From positions 1 through 30,475 of IMG/VR virus record IMGVR_UViG_3300036766_000624: 30,475 nt of DNA; one strand, given 5' to 3'. The position numbers and the translations under genes are program-made. Every line of letters starts with the position of its first letter. Positions within the stretch are counted from its first letter, which is position 1. The stretch is from a virus (Duplodnaviria; Caudoviricetes). Of this stretch, positions 24,884 through 30,475 are shown piece by piece. The notes under the pieces are model-generated. The model had not been told where the DNA came from. It saw nothing but the letters and a program-made list of their open reading frames with translations, and ran no database searches.

Positions 24884-26659
24884 TTATACCAAGTTTGTGT
24901 CGGAGACGTAGATCAATCCATAAAACTCGGGACGAACGATTTTCTTCGCATAACGAGTCATGACACCCCTTCGAGGCGTAAAGTTCACAGGATCATAGAC
25001 CAACGGAGTCTGGATAAGCGGAATATATGGAGAATACACTGCGCCGGTTTCGAGGAAGTTATTTCCACGAAATCCCATAAGGATCAAGTTTTCCTGCATA
25101 TAAGGATTCTTATATACCTGGAACCTTGATGCGAATGATCCAACCCGGCTCACGCCCATTGCGAACTTAGCCGAGTCACCATCAGTATTGACCACGAATC
25201 CTGGAATGGATTCCAAGATGGTAGCAACATCTGGTCCTACGACCATGAAATTAGCACCACCACGCAGCGTAAGCTGGTGAATTTTGTTGGATACTTTTTG
25301 AACCTTGTTACCAAGGGTCTGATACCAAGTTGCCTTGGTGTAATATCCACCCGCTCCTGCCGTAGTTTGATCAACCAGAGCATAAGAGTTTGCTCCAGTC
25401 TTGATGATTTCACGGTTAAGCTTGGCGCTCCAACGCTCCTTGTTAACATTAGGAGCATTGTTGATAAGCATATCAAGGATTTCAAGATCGATTTCCATTG
25501 ATACGTACTCGGACAGCAAAGCAGTAAGTTCTGCTTCGGCGTCGACGCTATGATAAGCGTTCAAGTCTTGTGCCAATTCAGGCGTCCAGACAGCCTTGAG
25601 CTTACGAGTCTTGGCCACAATTGGCTCACTCTTGAGTTCAAGATTTACTTCTGGAATACCGATGTCCTTATGGAGACCAGTATCAGTTGCCGAAGAAGCT
25701 CCAAGATTATCCTCGAAGTCACCACGGGTCTGTGGAGTTGGCTGTACACTGTAGTTAACGGACATCGTAGCATTATCTTTGAGTCCTAATGCTTGAGCAG
25801 ACGATGCACTAATTACGAATACCGCTTCCGAACCCATAGTATATCCATTAGAACCACCCGTGAAACGAGTAAATCCTGGATAGTAAGTTAAAATGCACCA
25901 AGGCGAGATTGGCATGAAACTACGAACAGCATTGAAATCTGGGGGAGATCCCCTATCTTTCGATGCAGAAGCATTCAAGGTCGTTGTAGTAACGGCGTAT
26001 AAAGCGCCTGCTGCAAATGATGTAGAGATGGCGAAATTTACTGGATCATTTGCATTGCCAAGATCGAAGTTAATATCTGCAATAGATGCACTGGCAATTG
26101 TACAACTACAAGTTGTAACTTGATCATTAATCGTATATCCATAACGACCTGGGCCATAGAGACCACCCGCTGGGAAGTTGGTTGAACCGAGCTTCCATTG
26201 GTTGTAAGGATCAGTAATTACATCTCCGTTAGGAAGTGTTAAGCTTTGGCTTATACCACCGAACAATGATGAATAGTTAGTTGTTTGGTCGGCAGGAAAT
26301 ACATTGCTGGTAGTTCCGTACTTGAAATCCAGATAGAACACAAGTCCCGAAGGAAGGTTCATTGGCTGGACGGAGACGAACTCCTTAGCTGCAATTTCTG
26401 CGAACACACGGCGCACGAGTGGGAGTGCCACACCTGCCCATTGCTCAGAGTTGGTCTGAGTGCCGGTGACGGATGATTCCTCAATAAGTTGCTTCGCTTG
26501 GTTTTCAAGCAACACACTCATATTGGACTTTTCAATGTCGTTTTTGAGTCCTTCGAGCAAACCAGTCTTTTCCCATTTGTTAACGAGACCACGGGTCTCA
26601 GCCATGAGTCTGGCCTGCGGATTCAACGCATTTGTTAAAAGTTCTTTTACATTTTCCAT
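24884..26659 (-). CDS. gp23: Major capsid protein, T4 gp23 family
   Basis: KW...LLENQ, LPLVRR, VQPMNLPSGLVFYL, IVAKTRKLKAVWTPELAQDLNAYH, AEAEL..LS...EIDLEI, YSPYIPL, DPVNFTPRRGVMTRY. Confidence 0.95.
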   Translation of the reverse strand: MENVKELLTNALNPQARLMAETRGLVNKWEKTGLLEGLKNDIEKSNMSVLLENQAKQLIEESSVTGTQTNSEQWAGVALPLVRRVFAEIAAKEFVSVQPMNLPSGLVFYLDFKYGTTSNVFPADQTTNYSSLFGGISQSLTLPNGDVITDPYNQWKLGSTNFPAGGLYGPGRYGYTINDQVTTCSCTIASASIADINFDLGNANDPVNFAISTSFAAGALYAVTTTTLNASASKDRGSPPDFNAVRSFMPISPWCILTYYPGFTRFTGGSNGYTMGSEAVFVISASSAQALGLKDNATMSVNYSVQPTPQTRGDFEDNLGASSATDTGLHKDIGIPEVNLELKSEPIVAKTRKLKAVWTPELAQDLNAYHSVDAEAELTALLSEYVSMEIDLEILDMLINNAPNVNKERWSAKLNREIIKTGANSYALVDQTTAGAGGYYTKATWYQTLGNKVQKVSNKIHQLTLRGGANFMVVGPDVATILESIPGFVVNTDGDSAKFAMGVSRVGSFASRFQVYKNPYMQENLILMGFRGNNFLETGAVYSPYIPLIQTPLVYDPVNFTPRRGVMTRYAKKIVRPEFYGLIYVSDTNLV

Positions 26660-26696
26660 AGATTGTTTTTCTTTAGGTTGTTTTTTTCTCGCTCAG

Positions 26697-28199
26697 TTAT
26701 TTTTTCTGTGGTGCGCTACGAATGCCTGCGAGTTGTTTCATTCTAGTAGCGAACTTGCCTTCGGAGATAATCTCCTTTGGTTTGGTGCTTCCGACTGGCT
26801 TAGATGCGAGACCTTCGGTTATAGTCTGAACGTTTGCAGGCGAGGCTGCGGTAGCAGTCTTGCGCCTAACGTCAGTTCCACCGAAATTTAATGACTCTGC
26901 AATATTAGCATAGGTCAGTTTTACTTCACGAACTGATTTTGAGAGATCAAACATTTCAACGATTCGCATTTTTTGCTCGTTATTCATGTTATACTCTTTG
27001 AAAAGCTTATTGGTATACAAAAGCTTAGCATTGAGTAAGTTAATCTCATTAAGCTGTCCTTTAACATAAGAGACGGTTTCATAAGCTTCGTCTCTTTGTC
27101 TCCTAAGAGTTTCAATCTCTTCTAACATTCCACCTGGAGTTGAGAGATTGTCCTTAGTAGCATGTGGCCCCCTGTTTGGTCGAGGAGTAGAATCCGGATC
27201 ATGTTCTTTAGTAGAATCTACTGATGGAACACCAGAACCCTTAATACCCTTGCCGCCACCAGCACTTCCACCTGTTTTTCCACCCATACTTGGCGTGGAT
27301 AGGTTAGTCTTAGTAGCGTGTGGTCCTTCATTTGGACGTGATGCCGTAGTAGGATCACCTGGTCCTACCTTAGTACTATCCACAGATGGAACACCTTCTT
27401 GTTCTAGTCCACCCGATTCGATCTTAGATGAAGAACTTGAAGCAGCGGATGGCTTCTTATTATCAGTACCACCAGCTTTTCCTGCACCGATTCCAGACGA
27501 AGCGAGTTTAGTTGCTTCATCAAGTTTCTTGGCTTCTTCTTGTTCTTCTTCCTCTTCCTTACGTCCCTCTTCTTCCACTTCTTCCTTCAAACTCTCAAGG
27601 AGTTCGTCTAAATTTACTTCCTCATCCGCTTCCTCTTCACCAGATACTGGTGGGGTTTCAGATGGAGGCATTGCGCCAGGTTCTTTTCCTGTTGGAGGAA
27701 TTTCTCCACCGACAGGCGGTACTGTTGGAGGAACTTCTCCACCGACAGGCGGCATGGCTGGCACTGCTCCCGGTACTGGAACTGCTGCTCCGCACTGTGG
27801 GCAAGTGCAAGGCGTTCCAACTGGAGGAACTGCCGCTGGAGGTACTACGGATGCTGCACCCGGTACTGGAGGAACTGTCGCCGGTGTTACCGGGGTTGCT
27901 GCCATTGGGGCTTCATCGCCTTCTGGTTTTTGAGGATTATCAGCAACTTCGGCTTCGAGTTCTTTGATAAGTTCATCGATCTCTTGTTCCGACACGTTTT
28001 CCTCTGCTGGATTCGCTCCTCCTTCTGGTGCGGGGTTGGCCTCGCCCATAGCTGCATCTTCTTTCAATTTCTCGGCAAACATCGCTTGGTACTTCTCAGA
28101 AAATGCCTCTTCGAGAGCGACCTTTGCATTAGCAAGTGCAGTTTGACGTACTGCTTTTGCGTCCGCTATTGCCTCTTTTAACAGGTTACTGCTATCCAT
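26697..28199 (-). CDS. Prohead core scaffold protein
   Basis: Directly upstream of the capsid gene; LLKEAIADAKAVR..ALANAK.ALEEAF N-terminus, acidic/Pro-rich middle, LNEINLLNAKLLYTNKLF and RMKQLAGI C-terminus. Confidence 0.8.
   Translation of the reverse strand: MDSSNLLKEAIADAKAVRQTALANAKVALEEAFSEKYQAMFAEKLKEDAAMGEANPAPEGGANPAEENVSEQEIDELIKELEAEVADNPQKPEGDEAPMAATPVTPATVPPVPGAASVVPPAAVPPVGTPCTCPQCGAAVPVPGAVPAMPPVGGEVPPTVPPVGGEIPPTGKEPGAMPPSETPPVSGEEEADEEVNLDELLESLKEEVEEEGRKEEEEEQEEAKKLDEATKLASSGIGAGKAGGTDNKKPSAASSSSSKIESGGLEQEGVPSVDSTKVGPGDPTTASRPNEGPHATKTNLSTPSMGGKTGGSAGGGKGIKGSGVPSVDSTKEHDPDSTPRPNRGPHATKDNLSTPGGMLEEIETLRRQRDEAYETVSYVKGQLNEINLLNAKLLYTNKLFKEYNMNNEQKMRIVEMFDLSKSVREVKLTYANIAESLNFGGTDVRRKTATAASPANVQTITEGLASKPVGSTKPKEIISEGKFATRMKQLAGIRSAPQKK
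27689..27752. repeat. 33-bp-period tandem duplication within the scaffold gene (PPVGGE(V/I)PPT x2)
   Basis: ctgttggaggaa(t/c)ttctccaccgacaggcgg at 27689-27719 and 27722-27752. Confidence 0.85.
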
Positions 28200-28304
28200 A
28201 TTGTTATTTCCTTATTTGGATTCTAAAGCTATTGAAGCTTCAATGAAGGTTACTAATATTCGGAACTTATTGGTAAGCCATAAAAGATTACGGCACTTCT
28301 ACAT

Positions 28305-28356
28305 TATAAATATCGTTAAAAAAAAGAAACGCTGAAAAAAGTTGCAGATATTTATC
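28305..28356. promoter_or_regulatory. Divergent pair of putative late-promoter motifs (TATTTAT)
   Basis: TATTTATA on - strand at 28305-28312 (towards the scaffold) and TATTTATC on + strand at 28349-28356 (towards 28376). Confidence 0.45.
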
Positions 28357-28375
28357 TTATGAGAATATTTAGTGT

Positions 28376-29206
28376 ATGCCAGCAAATTCACCATTACAAG
28401 CTTATACCGCTCGTCGAGCAATGGATGTTAAGACAGGGAAGGCATCACCATCAGATGTAACTAGTGGGGCAGTATCTATGTCAAAAATGCCAATGAATAA
28501 GCTAAAACACTTCATGAAAATGAAGGAATGCATTACTATGGAACAAAAGAAAAAATTGCTCGTAGTTTTGAAAAATCTCAAAGAAAACAACCGAATAACC
28601 ATTGGCAATGTTGGAGGAGAAACCGATATTGTAAATCCAGACAATTTCGTGACTGAGGATGAATTCACTGCTAAAGATGTTCCTACGAAAAATGTTATTG
28701 CAAAAACATTTGATACCAGGGGGGATTTTGATAATTATGTAAATCAGCGTCGTGGCATAGAGATGACTCCAAAAGAAAGACAATCAATTCAAAACATTCT
28801 CAGAGAAGTAGCACCAACACAAACCATTCCATCTACTCCATCAAATCAACCAGCGGTAGAACCAGGAGATAAAGATGATATTACAGTCGATGATTCAATA
28901 CGTGTTACAAAAAGCACTACATTTATAGATGAGACCGAAGGAGCAAATATTCTTGCAGAATTTATCAAACATCTTGGATTGCAAAAATTAAAGCCAACAC
29001 AACAAGATAAATTCTTTGTGAAATATGAGTTTACAGATGAGTTTGGTGTGAATACCACTACAATTATTAAAAAATTGAGAGAAGGGAATCAATTTTGCTG
29101 GACCGCATTTTCAAAGCATGAACGTGCCGAAGATGAAGGAAAGCCGGAAAGTGAGAAAAAATCAAGGGTGGGGGAAAAGAAGAGTTACCAGGCTTGGAAG
29201 ATTTGA
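28376..29206 (+). CDS. Hypothetical protein with DUF3008-like N-terminal segment
   Basis: MPANSPLQ...A..VKTG...A.SM.KM...KLKHF resembles the MPAKS..QQ...A family; remainder unknown. Confidence 0.6.
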   Translation: MPANSPLQAYTARRAMDVKTGKASPSDVTSGAVSMSKMPMNKLKHFMKMKECITMEQKKKLLVVLKNLKENNRITIGNVGGETDIVNPDNFVTEDEFTAKDVPTKNVIAKTFDTRGDFDNYVNQRRGIEMTPKERQSIQNILREVAPTQTIPSTPSNQPAVEPGDKDDITVDDSIRVTKSTTFIDETEGANILAEFIKHLGLQKLKPTQQDKFFVKYEFTDEFGVNTTTIIKKLREGNQFCWTAFSKHERAEDEGKPESEKKSRVGEKKSYQAWKI

Positions 29207-29216
29207 AATAAGACCT

Positions 29217-29540
29217 ATGATTAGTTTAATAGAACTTTTACACAGCATATCAAAAGAAAGTAAGGAGGGACTCGTCAATGTAGATGATTGGCGCTGGCCC
29301 GATGTAGATCATCTATATAATATGGGATTTGAGTTCGGGGATGATTTTCATCTTGTCACCAATAAGGAACCCAGAATAACTGTCTATAAAAAGAAGGAAG
29401 TAGACGAAGCGTCCGGAGGAAAACGGGAATATTTCTATGTAGAAGAAAAAAATAGAGAAAAAAAACGATTCAAGGCTTTCAGCGAAGTTATAGATTACTT
29501 TGATACATATCCCCAGCCTGAACTGGATAAAAACATGTAA
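29217..29540 (+). CDS. Hypothetical protein with leader-like N-terminus (MISLIELLHSISKE)
   Basis: In frame with track ORF 29118-29540; ATG 29217 avoids a long overlap with the upstream gene. Confidence 0.65.
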   Translation: MISLIELLHSISKESKEGLVNVDDWRWPDVDHLYNMGFEFGDDFHLVTNKEPRITVYKKKEVDEASGGKREYFYVEEKNREKKRFKAFSEVIDYFDTYPQPELDKNM

Positions 29541-29582
29541 CAATGATTTTTTAAACCATATTTATAAACATAGAAGAGGCAC

Positions 29583-30140
29583 ATGAACATGAGCAATTTA
29601 CTAAACACCATGACATTAGCACACGCAGCGGTTATTCCGAGAACCACAAAATTTACCTTAAAGCGCATCGTTGAAGATCTTCCCAACATCCCATCAAAAG
29701 GATTTAATGAAGAAACCCCAAAGCTTTCTACTGAACAGAAGAGACGACTTCAAGAAATGGCCTCTATGTTCGAAAACTTTGGAGAATGTATAAAGAATGA
29801 AGAAGCCATTGTCAACTCTGCAAAAGGTCTCACCGAACTTTGTGAACTTGCTGAACAATATGCTATTAATGAATGTGGCGACTGGTTTCAACAGAAGATT
29901 GTGGAAAAAGACATGAAGGAACTCAAGAAGAGAGTTGGAGACTATAGCAAAATAGCTAAAGAAGCATACGCTCGCATGCAACAACTCGGAGTTGAATATC
30001 AAAATATCGGCCATGTTCTTGGACGATATTACAACCTGAAACCGAATATGGGAATGTCTACTCCAACGACTGCTCCGCAAACTGGAAAGCAACCACTGGA
30101 AAATATTAGTCCTATGGACGAGGAGATAAAAAAAAAGTAA
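29583..30140 (+). CDS. Helical hypothetical protein ending in a slippery A AAA AAG TAA
   Basis: 185 aa; GAGG SD and TATTTATA (29559-29566) upstream. Confidence 0.75.
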   Translation: MNMSNLLNTMTLAHAAVIPRTTKFTLKRIVEDLPNIPSKGFNEETPKLSTEQKRRLQEMASMFENFGECIKNEEAIVNSAKGLTELCELAEQYAINECGDWFQQKIVEKDMKELKKRVGDYSKIAKEAYARMQQLGVEYQNIGHVLGRYYNLKPNMGMSTPTTAPQTGKQPLENISPMDEEIKKK

Positions 30141-30475
30141 ATGAAGTTAGACTTCCTTCACCTACTCTCAGTCCAGAAGAAGTAAAACAAGCTATTGATC
30201 AATTTAGACAACTTCCTTCTAATCGCAGAAAGAATCTTGTAAAATTTTTGCGAGTTTCTTGTGCTTGGTGTGAAGATGAAATGGGAATTGCCGCTGTATC
30301 CACAAATCACGGAATTTGTCGGCGTCACGAAATAAAGCAACTTAAAGATGTCGGAATTGATATTGATAAAGTCCCGCAACGAGATCCTCCCATATTTGAT
30401 CCCGATTTAAAAAATTTACCGCCAGAAGATTTGGAACTTGCTCAGAAAATTACTGCCATTCGAAGGATGAAAACC
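30137..30475 (+). CDS. Probable -1 frameshift extension of 29583-30140 with a CAWC...HGIC..H zinc-binding motif (partial)
   Basis: 113 stop-free codons to the window end (VNEVRLPSPTLSPEEVKQAIDQF...CAWCEDEMG...NHGICRRH...) with no start codon at its 5' end. Confidence 0.65.

Noticed and set aside
26650-26705. Frameshift fusion of scaffold to capsid at CAG AAA AAA TAA
   Set aside because: The -1 frame reads only KITEREKNNLKKNNLWKM* and is not the capsid frame; the capsid frame has an upstream TGA.
27148-28181. Long + strand ORFs 27148-27933, 27512-27967 and 27930-28181
   Set aside because: Antisense shadows of the GC-richer, low-complexity scaffold gene; no motifs or RBS.
29118-29216. Upstream start of ORF 29118-29540
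   Set aside because: It overlaps the preceding gene by 89 nt; ATG 29217 gives a leader-like N-terminus and normal spacing.
1-30475. tRNA, rRNA, intron or intein
   Set aside because: Intergenic gaps are short and showed no cloverleaf or intron-like features by eye, and no intein motifs were seen in the large ORFs; tRNAscan/Infernal were not run.

Overview
AT-rich fragment of a large T4-like (myovirus/jumbo-type) phage genome covering part of the virion module. It contains neck/tail-completion genes (gp15-, gp14- and gp13-like) with a free-standing NUMOD3 endonuclease, ASYA-repeat fibre-like genes, a gp23-type major capsid protein and a scaffold. The standout feature is a 12.6-kb + strand array (5459-18055) of 15 mostly overlapping genes inserted among the structural genes. 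Thirteen of them begin with the same ~10-aa leader (M-I-K-L-K-x-L-L-x-E) on otherwise unrelated cargo: about 10 ADP-ribosyltransferase-like domains, a CCA-adding enzyme, a J-domain protein, HExxH peptidases and a NUDIX-SleB-GNAT fusion. By analogy to T4 internal-protein capsid-targeting sequences cut by gp21 after (I/L)-x-E, I infer a cassette of capsid-packaged, injected effectors. Other points of interest are a truncated class I release factor that needs a prfB-type +1 frameshift (CTT TGA) and has a shortened codon-recognition loop, a probable -1 frameshift (A AAA AAG TAA) near the right end, two disrupted ART genes, sigma70-type promoters that appear leaderless, and a recurring TATTTAT motif upstream of late genes. 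All family calls come from motifs recognised by eye; no searches were run.
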